A DNA stretch of 64,000 bases from Octopus vulgaris (GCA_951406725.2 OX597814.1:71796001-71860000), one strand, 5' to 3'; positions 26,563-40,585 are shown, counted from the stretch's first letter. Numbers and translations: made by a program. The notes: a model not told the origin generated them from the letters alone.

Positions 26563-26621
26563 ATAGTACTTGGAGTTTCGAATGTCGAAGTGAAGAGCTA
26601 AGATACATTCTCATCAGCTAT
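26563..26621 (-). ncRNA. Type I hammerhead motif (GUA site)
   Basis: ATAG-CTGATGA-GAATGT..19 nt..ACATTC-GAAAC tccaa GTA-CTAT. Confidence 0.72.
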
Positions 26622-27000
26622 TAATGGCAATAGACGCGATGAAAAAAAAAAACCATTAAATAAAAGGGAAGTAATTCTAATTAGGTGGAAAAAGAAAAAA
26701 GATAAAAAACACACACAATCATATTCTTGCAATATATAGACATAAACCTTCTGCATTCACAATGTCTACATACGTACACACTCACACAAACATCTATACA
26801 TACATACATCCACACACACAAACATATATGTATGTACATACTCATACACGCATGTCCACACACGCACACATGTATATGTATATATGTATGCAACCACATC
26901 TTCATATACTAATAGGTGCTTACATGCATGCACGTAACATAATACATAAATATATATAGACATACATTCGCACTCCTGCATACACATATATATATCTATA

Positions 27001-27847
27001 CATCATCATCATCATCATCATCATTTAGCGTCCGTTTTCCATGCTAGCATGGGTTGGACGGTTTAACTGGGGTCTGTGAAGCCGGAAGGCTTCATCAGGC
27101 CCAGTCAGATTTGGCAGTGTTTCTACGGCTGGATGCCCTTCCTAACGCCAACCACTCCGCGAGTGTAGTGGGTGTTTTTTACGTGCCACCTGCACAGGTG
27201 CCAGACAGAGCTGGCAAACGGCCACGAAGGGACGGTGCTTTTACGTGTCACCTGCACGGGGGCCAGCCGAGGCTGGCAACGAACACGAACGGATGGTGCT
27301 TTTATGTGCCACGGACACGGGGCCAGACAGAGCTGGCAAACGGCCACGAACGGATGGTGCTTTTACGTGTCGCCGGCACGGGGGCCAGCCGAGGCTGGCA
27401 ACGGACACGAACGGACAGTGCTTTTATGTGCCACCGACACGGGGCCAGACGGAGCTGGCAAACGGCCACGAACGGACGGTGCTTTTACGTGTCACCGGCA
27501 CGGGGACAGGCGAGGCTGGCAAACGGCCACGAACGGACGGTGCTTTTACGTGTCACCGGCACGGGGCCAGGCGAGGCTGGCAACGAACACGAACGGATGG
27601 TGCTTTTACGTGCCACCGACACGGGGGCCAGACAGAGCTGGCAAACGGCCACGAGCGAATGGTGCTTTTACGTATCACCGACACGGGTGCCAGACGAGGC
27701 TGACAGTGGACACGAACAGATGGGTCACTTAACCCCTGCTTTCTGATATATGATTTGATTTTGATTGTTCTCACTGGTCTTGCCGGGTCTTCTGACGCAC
27801 AGCATACTTCCATAGGTCTCGGTCTCTGGTCATTTCCTTGGTGAGAC
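27001..27847 (-). mobile_element. RTE 3' fragment with an expanded array of about 9 x 61-nt hairpin units
   Basis: ORF end MTRDRDLWKYAVRQKTR, units recurring at about 61-nt spacing over 27170-27720, (CAT)n on plus strand. Confidence 0.88.
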
Positions 27848-28229
27848 ATATATATATATATATATTTATATACACACACATCCTCCCATCACAAACCTAC
27901 ACCTGCACATATACAAACATATGCATATTTGTATAAATAAAGGTGGCATGCGCATGAACGTCACACATATGCACCGGACACAGTCTTACACTCATATACA
28001 TACACATATATACACACACACACAGAGATAATATATGTACATACATATACACACATGTACACACTCACATAAGGAAAAAGGGAAAAAATGAAAAAATATA
28101 CAAAATAAAAGGTAAAAAATTAATGGAAGTTAAAACATATAGGAAAGCTTGTGCAGGAACATAGTAGAAATGTGGATTTTAGTTGTAATCTTGGGGAGGG
28201 CGCAAAACCATAACAGGTATTTTATGACA

Positions 28230-28640
28230 TATGTACATGATCCAAAAGTTCTTGAATTTAAGCATGTAGCAGGGTCTAAGGAACTTTTCCAGATGAGTCA
28301 TCTTTCCATATTACAAAAACCACACTTGACACTACTGTTGGTATAAGGTTTCCACTTGGCTAAGATCTTCAAGTAAATCCTGTAGTTGACACCTTGTTCT
28401 TTTAAGAACCATATATAACTGGAAAATTTGGTAGTATTTCGTTTATTCCAATATCTGAAGCTTTAGGTGTAATTGTGGAATCTTGCTTTGAAATTTCCCT
28501 CTCTGACACCCAAATATCTCTTGGATGAAATTGTATTATCAGCGTTTGTGGAATTTACGGTGGTTTCATAAATAATGGCTTTGGTCATACAGGCTCCATT
28601 TAGTGGGCACAAATCTTGATCCCTGCAGGAACAGTAGGCT
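28230..28640 (-). mobile_element. Penelope-like GIY-YIG endonuclease remnant
   Basis: DLCPLNGACMTKAIIYETTV, EGNFKARF, TTKFSSYIWFLKEQG. Confidence 0.65.
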
Positions 28641-28720
28641 TCATGTCATTGTGTTGTATTCCAACATTTGAAACTCCAAGTACTACAATGACAACCTTTT
28701 ACTATTTGTTCAAAATTGTA

Positions 28721-28773
<53 letters not shown>

Positions 28774-28778
<5 letters not shown>

Positions 28779-29038
28779 AGAAAACAAACAAGCTTTAAAT
28801 CTCTGATTGAGATCTGTGTAGTAACAGTACTGGATAGTAAAGTTTATTTGCCCACACAATGTGGCAGTGCTCACTAGGAGTATATTACTACTTTTTAATC
28901 CCAGGAAACCAACTTTTCCAGTCTGTTTATCGACATACGATCAGTGTCCGAGACATACTGTTGGCAAATAAACTTTACTATTCAGTACTGTTACTACATA
29001 AATCTCCATCAGAGATTTAAAACTAGTTTTTCTCCTTA
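28774..29038. repeat. Short foldback/MITE-like element with about 75-bp imperfect inverted arms
   Basis: aaggagaaaa...tttaaatctctgat...gtagtaacagtactggatagtaaagtttatttgcc is the reverse complement of 28962-29038. Confidence 0.7.
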
Positions 29039-29609
29039 CAATAACAGCAACTGAGAGTCACTTTGAAAAGTATACTGTGAAAAGGGTCAGCTGACTGCTG
29101 TCTTTAGCCAGGTGGTTGTCCAGCACCGAGGAAGGGAAATAACTTCAGTTAGTTTATTTTACTATCCACAGCAGATCTTCACATTGGTAAATCCATGTCT
29201 TTATAGTGACTGAATGTTGTCGGTAGAGAAGAAATAATAAATTAATAAGGAGAATAGAGATTTATATATCTAGTTTTATTCTGCTGTGAATCACGTCTTT
29301 CCATTTCTGCACCTACATATGTTTCTGCTAAAATTTTGTGCACAGTGCAAAATCTTGCTTCTTGGTGTGCATTTTAGCATTACTTGCTGCTTTTTCAGGG
29401 TACTATTAACTGAATTTTGGATACCATCTGAACTAAATACAAGTCCAAGCAAAAAATTTCATACACATGATGTTAGTATTTTAAAACCAGGCTAAATTCT
29501 GAAGTTTTCAACTCTCTAGCAGACTTGTTTGTCTCTCTGTCACACACTAACCTTTCATCATCTGACACAAGATTACCTCTTTCAATGCCCCCTCCCCTAT
29601 TAAAGATTC

Positions 29610-29911
29610 CTCATCTAGCAAAGTTACTTGGTGACCCTGCCAGTACTATTGCCACTTAAAAAACACACTGTAAGGTGGTCGGCATTTTCATAGATATCCA
29701 GCTGTAAAAACAATGCCAAAACTGACCTTGCTGAGTGCCACATAAAAACCACTCAGGCCACTCAGCAGGGTGGTTGGTGTTGGGAAAGGCATCCAGCTGT
29801 AAAAACCATACCGAAACAGACAAAGAAGTATGGTGCAGTCTTCTGCCTAGCCAACTCATGTCAAACCGTCTAACCCATACCAGCATGGAAGGACGTTGAA
29901 TATGATGATGA
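29610..29911 (+). mobile_element. Diverged RTE-type 3' tail
   Basis: ggcatccagctgtaaaaacc...cagcatggaaggacgttgaatatgatgatgat. Confidence 0.7.
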
Positions 29912-29955
29912 TAGCCAAATATACATACATACTTCAAGACATAAATATACATAAA

Positions 29956-31900
29956 CTAGATGTACCCACCATGACATGTTGGGTTACAACCACTCCAGGT
30001 TGAAAATGACAATGTGTGGTGGCAAAGGAAAAATAACTATTTCAAACTTTATGCAATAAAATTCTTAAATAATGCAGTTCTCCTGTCTTTGGTGTGACAA
30101 CATAAACACAACCCAGTATTTCTTCTGTGAAAACATTCAAATGGCCTTCAACTTTTTTTTTTTTTTTTTTGCTTTCTTTGGAGTAATTTCTCACACGGAA
30201 CACAGTTTACTTTGAACACTTTTGGCAAAATTTCGTATTTTAGAAGTTATTTTGTGTTAAAGTTGTCGTACTTGGGTAATTTTAACCAATCAACAACATG
30301 TATTCAGTTGAAGAAAGCTACTGCTGTTTGCAATAGTAATCAAAGAGGAATAACTTCCAGGTCATCTCTACTAAATGTCACCATTCTGTTCTCATGCATA
30401 CCTTACTCTTTCCATCTCTACTGGCAGACAGACACTTCTACACTATCAACTACCAATCAGCGAGCAAACTTTTTTCTGGGGTAAAAGCTGCTATTTTTTA
30501 ATTGGAAAATTTAGTGTGCTGCTTATAGAAAGGTGCACCTAATATGTGTACTTTTTTATAAGTTTCAGGAGGAAAATGATTTGTGTATAGAGATCGACTG
30601 ATTCCACTGATTTTTTTCAGAGGAATGGTCAGTTGGTGAACAATGCGAAAGACTACGGCTACAGTACATTGGTGCCTGGAAGTAAACAAAGCATATTTGT
30701 TTTGTTTTAACTTCATATTTTGATAATGGTATTTTTAATCTAATAAAGACTTTTGTATTGACGAAATGTATTTTGTTGCTGATTATAGTAAGATAAAACT
30801 ACTATAACAATACATCTCATAGTTGTAAAATAAGGCATTTTGAAACTACATACACATCAACAACAAAAAAGCTAGCTGTGGGCCCATAGCCCTATACATC
30901 TTTTAAACACCAGTGCACTTTATGTGTAGATAAAATCAAAATTTTCCCCCAAATTCAGCCCTGCGGCTTAAATACAGATGTCAAGCAAATGAATAAATAT
31001 TGTAAATAATATTTCTTCCTTCGATGTTTACTGGTTACTCTGACGTGAGAACCAACAAAAAAAAGCATGTAATATGCAACACAGGCAGTAAACAAAAAAT
31101 AAAATAAAACAGAGTGGTGAAATTTAGTAGAGATGACCTGGAAGTTGTTCCTCTTCGATTACTAACACAAACAGCAGTAGCTTTGTTCAATTGAATACAC
31201 ATCATTGATTGGTTAAAATTACCCAAATATGACAACTTTAATACAAAATAACTTCTAAAATACGAAATATTGCCAAAAATGTTCAAAGTAAACCATGTTC
31301 TGCATGATAAATTACACCAGTATATGAAGTTTCAAACTGTTTAGTTAAAAAAAATTAATTAAAAAAAATCTGAGCCAAACTGAACAGATCCCTTTCTTTG
31401 TTACTACTGTTCCAAGTGAAATACATGATTACTTCAGCATAAAGTAATGCTTTTGCAAAGTCATCATTGATGTAGAATGAAAAGAATTCTGTCAATGTTG
31501 TTCTCATATGTCTTACATTGACAGCCATATATATCTTCATTATTTCTGAGGAATATTCTTTGTTCATCTGTTTAAACTTTCAGTTTCACTATTGCAGGTG
31601 CTCTTTCATGAATTGAAAATCCTAAAATGTATGCAACTGCTTCAGATGGTCCAATTACCCAATATCCATCCATTAGATATTGACTAATTTCATTATCATT
31701 GTTTGTTTGAAAAGCAGATTGGTCATTTCCTTTCAGCGTGTACCTGATGATGTACTTAATTGACCTCCCTAAGGCAATGATTTCAACATTGCAGTGGCAT
31801 TTGAATAGTTTCATTATAAGGTACAACCCATTTGTTGTTGTTTCTTTTTCCATTCTTATGAGATTGAACTCCTCCCATTGCAACTGATCTTTGTCTATAA
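29956..31900 (-). mobile_element. Degraded Helitron with RepHel fragment
   Basis: HCNVEIIALGRSIKYIIRYTLKGND..NEISQY..SEAVAYILGFSIHERAPAIVKL and TTLTEFF..DFAKALLYAEV..YFTW (RepHel motifs); 3' hairpin CCCAACATG-t-CATGGTGGG then CTAG|T at 29956. Confidence 0.75.
30180..31318. mobile_element. Non-autonomous element with about 200-bp terminal inverted repeats
   Basis: 30180-30390 is the reverse complement of 31108-31318 (near-identical spurious ORFs 30212+ and 31035-). Confidence 0.7.
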
Positions 31901-32244
31901 AAAGATAGTTTGTCTGTTTTTCTGCCTTTTGATTAAAATGATAAAGATGAATATTTTATTTTAAATAAAATATTAATTTCTCCATTAACAAAAATAAACA
32001 AAAAATCAAATATCTGTGATTCAAAAAATATCTCATAAAAATATAAGAATTTCTCTTTCAAGTCCATTTCTATCTTTCAAGTCCAATGAGTAAGGAAAGA
32101 AAAAACAAAGTAAGAAAAAAGGATAGACAGTGGTAGCTATGGCGACTCTTCAAAATATTGACATTTTCAACTTGATTTTTTTTTCTTCAAGGGAGAAATG
32201 CCTATTTTATTTGTAATTTTTATCATCTTAACCAAATGGCAGGA

Positions 32245-32292
<48 letters not shown>

Positions 32293-32390
32293 TGCAAACA
32301 TATAGATATATAGAGTTGAGAAAAGGATATATACATGTATAGAGATGCAAATATACACAGGCATATATAGATATTCGTAGATCAGTGCAA

Positions 32391-32425
<35 letters not shown>

Positions 32426-32678
32426 TATATATATAGAGACATAGGCAATATCATATAAAAGCATGTACAAAAATATATATATATACAGACATAGGCAATA
32501 TCATATATAAAAACGTGTACCTATACATATATAATACACTTTATAATACAATTTACACAGAAGTACATGTATAGATATTTAGATACAGATATTTATACCC
32601 ATACACGAAAGTACCTACATCCTTACAGATGAACAAATATAAGCATGAGAATGCAGATTTATATGTATGTGTGTGTGT

Positions 32679-32712
<34 letters not shown>

Positions 32713-32716
<4 letters not shown>

Positions 32717-33146
32717 TCATCATCATCGTTTCATGACCGTTCTCCATGCTAGCATGAGTTGGAGGGTTCAACCAGGGATCTGGGAAGCCAGAAGGCTGCA
32801 CCCAGGCTCCAGTCTTATCTGGCAATGTTTCTACAGCTGGATGCCCTTCACTCCGTGAGTGTAGTGGGTGCTTTTTACGTGCCACCTGCACAGGTGCCAG
32901 GTGAGGCTGGCAACAGTCATGGTCAGATTGGTGCATTTTATGTGCCACCGGCACGGAAGGCAGTCGAGGCGGCACTGGCATCGGCCACGATTCGGATGGT
33001 GCTTTTTACATGCCACCGGCACGGAAGCCAGTCGAGGCGGCACTGGCATCGGCCACGATTTGGATAATGCTTTTTACGTACCACCAGTCCAGGGGTCCTG
33101 GCATCTGCCGGGTGCCAGTCATAGGATTGGTTCAATTTCAATTTCG

Positions 33147-33150
<4 letters not shown>
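32713..33150 (-). mobile_element. RTE 3' UTR fragment
   Basis: (CAT)n, RTE tail, four hairpin units. Confidence 0.85.
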
Positions 33151-33209
<59 letters not shown>

Positions 33210-33246
33210 TATTAAAAAACATTTAGACACATGTACACATGCATGG

Positions 33247-36200
33247 TCATCGTTTAACGTCCGTTTTCCATGCTGGTATGGGTTGGACAGTCTGATTGAG
33301 GACTGGCGAGTCAGGAGGAATCACCAGGCTCCAATCTGATCCAACAATGTTTCTACAGTTGGATGCCCTTCCTAATGCCAATCACTCCAAGAGTGTAGTG
33401 GGTGCCTTTTATATGCCACTGGCACAAGGGCCACTCAGGTGGCACTGGCATTGGCCAGGTGTTTGGATGGTGCTTTTTATGTGCTACTAGCACAGGAACC
33501 GGTCGGGGTGGATGGGAGAGTGGGGAACTGGCAGGGACCAAGTTCAGACGTTGCTTTTTACATGCCACTGGTATGGGGAGCCAGTCAGGCAGCACTGTCA
33601 ATGATCCATGTATGAATGGTGCTTATTGTGTTCCACCAGCACGGGAGCCAGTGAGGTGGCACTGGCATCAGCGACAATTACAATTTCCATTTGATTGTAA
33701 TTTGATTTGATTTTGATTTTACTTGACTCTCAATAGGTCCCCTCAAGCATGGCATGTCGCCCGACTATTCAAAAGTACTTTTAAAATGGGCTGGTTATGG
33801 GACACTGGTGTAGGCTACGGCTGTGATATCACTTTACTTGCCTGGTCTTCTCAATCACAGCATATCTCCAGAGGTCTTGGTCTTTCATCATTGCCTCTGC
33901 GAGGCCCAACATTCAAAGATCATGCTTCGCCACCTCTTCTGTGTCTTCCTGGGTCTCCCTCTTCCACGAGTTCCTTCAACTGTTAGAGTGTGACACTTCT
34001 TCACATAGCTCCTGTCATCCATATACAGCACATTACCAGTGCAATCGTCTCTCTTACACACATCTGATGCTTCTTATGCCCAACAAATCTCTCAGGGTGC
34101 TTACACTTTGTCGTGTGTGCACACTGACATTACACATCCAGCAGATCATACTAGCTTCATTTCTTTCAAACCTACGCATATCTTCAGCATTCATGGCCCA
34201 TGTTTCACTCCTGTGTAGCATGGAAGTTCACACACATGCATCATACAATCTATCTTTCACTATGAGCAAGAGGCCTTTTGTCACCAGTAGAAGTAGGAGC
34301 TTTCTGAACTTTGCCCAGGCTATTCTTATTCTATTGACTAGGACTTTGGTTTTAGCAACATTGACTCTAAGGCCCTTCAATTCTAAACCTTGCTTCCACA
34401 CCTGAAATTTCTTCTCTAGTTCTGGTAGTGATTCTGCTATGAGAGCAAGGTGATCAGCATAGAGGAGCTCCCAGGGGCAACCTGTCTTGAATTTCTCAGT
34501 TATTGCCTGGAGTACTATGATGAATAAAAGGGGGCTGAGGGCTGATCCCTGGTGAACCCCTACTTCTACCCGGAATTCTTAACTATACACATTGCAAACC
34601 TTAGCTTACAAACAGCAACCCTGTACAGCTCTTATTAACCACTCGTCAATCTCCAGTTTCCGCATCGCGCACCAGATAAAGTTTGGGGAATCCTGTCAAA
34701 GGCTTTCTCTAAGTCAACAAAAGCCAAGTTTAGGAGTTTATCTTTGGCTAGGTATTTCTCCTGCAGTTACTGTACCAGAAATATAGCATCAGTGGTGCTT
34801 CTACCTGGCACAAAACTGAAATGCATCTCATCTAAGCAGATTCTCTCCCTAATTAGTTGGGCTATGACCTTCTCCGTGACCTTCATCACCTAATCCAGCA
34901 GTTTGATAATACTGTAGTTATTTGTATCTAATGCATTACCTTTACCTTTGTAACAGTTGACTATGGTGCTGCTACACCAGTCATTGGGTATGACTCCTTC
35001 GTGAACTACCTGGTTTACAATATGGATGACTAGGCCATAACCCACACCATCAGATGTTTCAAGCATCTCAGGAGTGATTCCATTTGGCAGGCTCTCCTCC
35101 TCCCATTCATTCTCTGCACTCAGCAGCCTTTCATAATGGCTTCTCCAAGCCTCTTTCTTTGCAGAAGCATTAAAAGCAAGTGCACCATCATCTATGTGGA
35201 CACATTTCTTTCCAATGACATCACAATTTTCTCTCACACACTGTCTTGCAATCCGAAATACTTCAGTTCTTTACTCCTCATGTCGCTGAACATTGGCAAA
35301 CTTCTTTTCTGTTTTTCCCTTGGCTATGTATACCTGTCACCCAGCCTCCCTTCTGGCTATCTGGTACAGTTCCCAGCTACCCACACTCTTCCAGGATTTC
35401 CAGGCCTGTTTCTTTGCTCTAATGACCTTGTCTACCATATTATTCCACCACTACATTACTCTAGTTCTGGAAGGGACTTTGCACCAGCTGCAGATTTGGT
35501 CTGTGGCACTCAGTAAGCTGTCCCATAGGAATTTCCATTTACCCTCTGTGTCTGAAGTATGTAGCTCCTCCTCCCTCTCATCAAATTTCTCAGTGAGGAT
35601 GTCCCTAAATCTCTGACAACGTGAAGGGTTCTTTAGCTTCCAAATCTTTCTTATCTGGATTGGTCTGCTTCTTGGCATCCTTCTGGCCTCGAGTTTAAAG
35701 TCATTAATAACTAGTCTACGCAGGGGGGTACATTCTTCACCAGGGAGGGTCTTTGTATTTAAGAGTAACCTTGCATCTCGCTGTCTGGTGAGGATGAAAT
35801 CAATCTGGCTAGCAGTCACCTGATTGATAGGTTATCAGGTGGCTGTCTGGCTTCCTGAAGTTAGTGTTGCAGATTAATAGGTCGCATACATCACAGAACT
35901 CCAGTAGCCTAGTTCCCTCTTTGTTTCGGGAACCAAATCCATGGCCTCCATGAACACCATAGAAGATATCAGATTGCCGTACAACATGCCCATTAAAATC
36001 TCCAGCTGCAAAGATGAGGTCATTGCTACTCATCTTTGAGGTAGCCTGAAGAAGGTTATCATAAAAGTGGTCCTTCTGTTCATTTTGTAGGCCCACTTGT
36101 AGGGCATAGACAGAGATAATTGTAGCTATACTATTCTGCAGGACTAACCTGAGCTTAAGCACTCTACTGCATACCCTGACTACCTATATGACATTATCCA

Positions 36201-36420
36201 CCCATTTCTCCGCAAGGAGTATGCCTACACCCACTACTCTATCATTGTTACCTTCCTAGAAGATTTTATACCTATGTGCCTCACCTGTGGGGATCCTGGC
36301 TGAAGCTCTTCCCCCCCCTTTACCTCTTCTATGCAGCATACATCATGTTTGTTCAAGCATCTCTACAATCTCACTACACCTACCATTCTGTGTGCCTACA
36401 TTAACAGTGCTAACTCTAAA
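33247..36420 (-). mobile_element. Near full-length degraded RTE LINE (AP endonuclease plus RT)
   Basis: TIISVYALQ, AAGDFNGHV, SQIDFIL, PNDWCSSTIVNCYKGKG, ELLYADHL; internal deletions and stops. Confidence 0.9.
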
Positions 36421-37034
36421 AACTGAGAAAGGAATGTGGGAGGAGGCATGGGGAGAGGAGATTTTATTCAGTGCCTGAAAACAAGAAGGTTTCCATGGTC
36501 GTTTGATAGACATGCTACACCTGTTCTCACTTTTGGCCTGTCATCATTCAAACATTCAAGCATGTTAAGATTGTTGCCCCTACTGGGGGTCAGAGTAGGT
36601 GTTAGCAGCATTGTAAGTATAAGAATTATGAACATCATAAAAATGTAAATTTAAGCATTACTGGTGTTGCAGATATAAGTAAATCAATAAAAATAAATAT
36701 CAATATGCCAATGTTAGATTAAGAAAATGGACACCTAAACTATTTGCATTTGTTCAGGGAGAGGAAATTGCAGGTATGATAGAGGATACCACCAGTGAGG
36801 GAGGGGGGAATCCCAGTGAGAGAAGAGAGTAACAAGCACGCCCATATACACACACACACACACAAGAACAAGCATGCACACACACCCACCCACATGAGTG
36901 AGAGAGTTTCTGGTGAGAGAAAAGTGATATCCAGTGATGGTGGTGGGATTAGAGAGAGATATCCAGTATTGGTGGTGGGAGTGGGAATGGGCTGGCACAC
37001 TGCGAACAAGCAAGGGTTAATTTAGAGAGATGAT

Positions 37035-37624
37035 ACAAAATATATGTAGTCAACTTGAGAACACAGGAAGGAAGGAGAAATTTCATTTAGAAAATTACAT
37101 GAAGAATTAATGTGAAACAAAGGCCAAGAGAGAGAGAGAGAGATTAGGAAGTTATATATTGAATGGTCAATTTAAATAATAACTTATGAAAGTAAATATT
37201 AATAAATAATACATATTAAAAGTATTAATTGTGAATGGCGAATGAATGCCTGAGAAGATAGGAAAACGAGAGAATATCTTAGCTTAGCAATGCATAACTG
37301 GGCATCCAAGAACCATCTACATTGGGTGAGTTGAGTAAAAAAAACAAGAAGGGAACGTGAGAGTTCTACGACCGGAAGTGAAAATTATGGAACGGCGCTT
37401 TCTCTCTGGGCTGAAGAAAACAACAATGATAGTAGCAGAGAATAGCACAAGAAGCCATATTGAGTGGGAGGGAAATAAGACAATAGTACAAAAAATATTT
37501 AGCCAACATGAAACATGGAAAGATCAAGCAAGGGTTACAAAATATATGTAGCCAACTTGAGAGCACAGGAAGGAACAAGAGATTTCATTAAGAAAATTAC
37601 ATAAATAATTCAGGTGAAACGAAG

Positions 37625-37674
<50 letters not shown>

Positions 37675-37805
37675 GGAAGCTATATATTTAAGGGTTAATT
37701 TAAATAATTAGCATATGAAAGTCAATATAAGTAAATAATACATATTGAAAGTATTAATAGCGAATGGCAAATAAACTCATGAAAAGATCGAAAATCAAGA
37801 GAATA
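37035..37805. repeat. Diverged direct repeat (about 240-270 bp, about 500 bp apart) containing (GA)n
   Basis: acaaaatatatgtag.caacttgaga.cacaggaaggaa at 37035 and 37537. Confidence 0.75.
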
Positions 37806-37820
37806 TATATATATATATAC

Positions 37821-37976
37821 AGGATGTCTAGGATGTCTAGAGAACTCACATGTATTTTAGCTGATGAGTACGGGACACGTTTATATGCTGTAATTTTTGC
37901 AACTTTTAATAAAACCTGTCCTTGTATGAAACGATTGTACTAAAAACCTATCCATTCTTGTTGCTTCATTCTCGCG
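37821..37976 (+). ncRNA. Truncated copy of the 56399-57466 arm with an intact hammerhead at 37855-37945
   Basis: TTTTAG-CTGATGA-GTACGGGACA...TGTCCTTGTAT-GAAAC gatt GTA-CTAAAA; flanked by (TA)n. Confidence 0.8.
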
Positions 37977-38235
37977 TATATATATATACATATATAAATT
38001 AAATTAGAGATAAAACCACTATTAGGCAAATGAAACGGTGAAAAAACATAAACCAAAAAATAAAAATAATTAATATAAAATATATAAAATATAAAATTTA
38101 AATTATTTAAATTTAAAATTGAAATTATTGATTTATATTTATAAATTTTTATATTTTTATTTTTTTAATTTTTTTTATTAAATATATATAACTATCAAAA
38201 AGTATTAAAAAGTTTAATATAAGATAGAAAGTAAA

Positions 38236-38332
38236 ACCACTACATACATTTCATGCCCATAACCTAATTCGAATTACAATAATTTAAATTCAATTAACAA
38301 TTCGAATTATGGTTATAGTCAATCTTCAGGTT
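38236..38332 (-). ncRNA. Hammerhead-like motif with long stem II and weak stem I
   Basis: CTGAAGA, hairpin TATAACC-A-TAATTCGAATT/AATTCGAATTA-GGTTATG, GAAAT gtat GTA; in an AT-rich segment 37990-40300. Confidence 0.5.
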
Positions 38333-38479
38333 AAAGATAATAGTTAAATAAATAAGCAAATATATTTAAACAATATTTTTAAAGAAATAAATAAAATAAT
38401 AAATTTTCTTATAAAAAACTCTATTATCAAACTAGAAACTTTAACAATTATGATTATAATGTTAAATATTAATTTTTAA

Positions 38480-39544
38480 CCCTTTCGTTACTATATTTCT
38501 GACCAAAATACACCCCTTATGTGTTTCAATTAATTTCTAACATAATCATAAATTTAGTCTGGTTTCATTAAACAACTATAATTTTTTTATTTATCAATAT
38601 ATTAACGTAAAATTTGGAAGATAATTTAATGAAATGTTCTCAACCAATTCTATACTATAATTTTTGTCACAAAGTGACTCTAATTGCAGGTAGATACAGG
38701 TAAATTCAACAAAATATAAAATTATTAAAATTTTGTTCAAACATCGCTATAGAAAATGGATTATTAGCTAATATTCAATTGGGTATACAACAAAATTTTA
38801 CAATAGAATTTGTTATTCTGGGTAACTTTCTGATACCCATAATAATATTTATGGCAAAATAGTCTTAATTTCATTTAAGGTTATGGGAAACCACTAACTA
38901 TACTTTCTTTCATTTTGTTTACGTTTAGCGTAACGGTTCATTTCCGCCGTAATGATTTCAAATAGGCTCATTCAAAAAAGTAAAAAGAAATAGTCTAAGG
39001 CTTTACTCTTCTGGGAAAGTCTGTGGCTTGGTCCAGTTTCTTCAGAAAAATCACCGAAAGAAACAGTTTTTAAATTTTCACTCCATTCAGGTGCCAATTC
39101 ATTTTCTTTATCGCTGTCGGAGCTCTCGGATTCACTGTTTTCACTTTTGGAAAATGAAACATCAGATTCATTATCAAATACCACGTGCTTTTTTTTTTAG
39201 TCATAGAGTTAGATTTATGAAGGTCTTCAGTAGAAAATCCTTCGAATTCTGACTCACTGCTTGATATAATGAAATTCGTATCCATTTTTTGTCAGAATTA
39301 CAAATTTTGAAAACACAATAGGAACAAATTTCGGAAAAAAATCTCCCAAAATTCACGGAATTAAAATTACACTTCGATTTTTGTACAAAACTGTAGTTGA
39401 ACTCTTTACGAAGTATAATACGTATTTTCACGAATGTACTAAAGAGATTTGCTCTGATATTCTCATTTAAATATGAATAGGTAAATTCGGGCGGTTTGGT
39501 CACATTAACCAAAATTTTTTTCGGGCGGTTTGGTAACGAAAGGG
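38480..39544 (-). mobile_element. Non-autonomous piggyBac derivative, copy 1
   Basis: TTAA TSD on both sides; TIR CCCTTTCGTTAC/GTAACGAAAGGG; transposase N-terminal remnant FSEETGP...ALDYFFLLF...EIITAEMNRYA. Confidence 0.9.
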
Positions 39545-40305
39545 TTAAGGTAAGAATAGATAGAAAATGTATTTATCTATTCAGATATAATATGGCTTTA
39601 AAAAAAAAATAATAAACTCACGAATAACCTAATCTCAGTTATAGTCAATATCTAATTACCTAATTATTTAACAAAAAAATAATCAAAAAAATAATCACTA
39701 TTCATATTAAATTTAAGTTCAAATCAAATAATTATAACATATTCGAATAATAACTAAATTATCAATAAATATATATAAATATATATAAATATAAGAATTA
39801 AGATATAAAATTATTTCTATCAATAAATATATATATACGTATAATAAAAAACTATTACTTATGAAATATTTTAAAAATTAAAAGATTAAAGATGAAAAAG
39901 CAAATTGTAAACAGATAAACTATCTTAAAAGAACCCCATAACTATTTAGCGATCCATATATCTCGTTGGCTAATTAATAACTTACAAAAACCGTATAGTT
40001 AAGAACTAATAATGAAATAGTGAAATACATATCTTAAACAACTAAATACTTATACAATGAAATTATCAATCCGTACTTATATAGCATCCAATAAATACTA
40101 CGAATATATTTATCAATGAAAAACCCTACTACAAATTAGCAATTGAAAATAGCTATATATTAGCTATAATAGAACAAAGTCAACTATTAGAGATATTTAT
40201 GAATATATAAAATAGCTTAAAAAAACATAATAAACTCACAAATACCCTTAACTCAGTTATAGTCCAAAAATCTAATTACCAAATTATTTAACTAAAAAAT
40301 CGTTA

Positions 40306-40350
<45 letters not shown>

Positions 40351-40389
40351 GTATATGTGTGTGTGTGTGTATGTATATATATGTGTGTG

Positions 40390-40428
<39 letters not shown>

Positions 40429-40473
40429 GTATATATGTATGTGTGTGTATGTATATATATATGTGTGTGTATG

Positions 40474-40514
<41 letters not shown>

Positions 40515-40537
40515 GTATATATGTGTGTGTGTGTGTG

Positions 40538-40585
<48 letters not shown>

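Noticed and set aside
27170-27720. CRISPR-like regular array and 150-230 aa ORFs
   Set aside because: Linkers are near-identical rather than unique spacers, there are no cas genes, the context is eukaryotic and the unit is the RTE 3' UTR repeat
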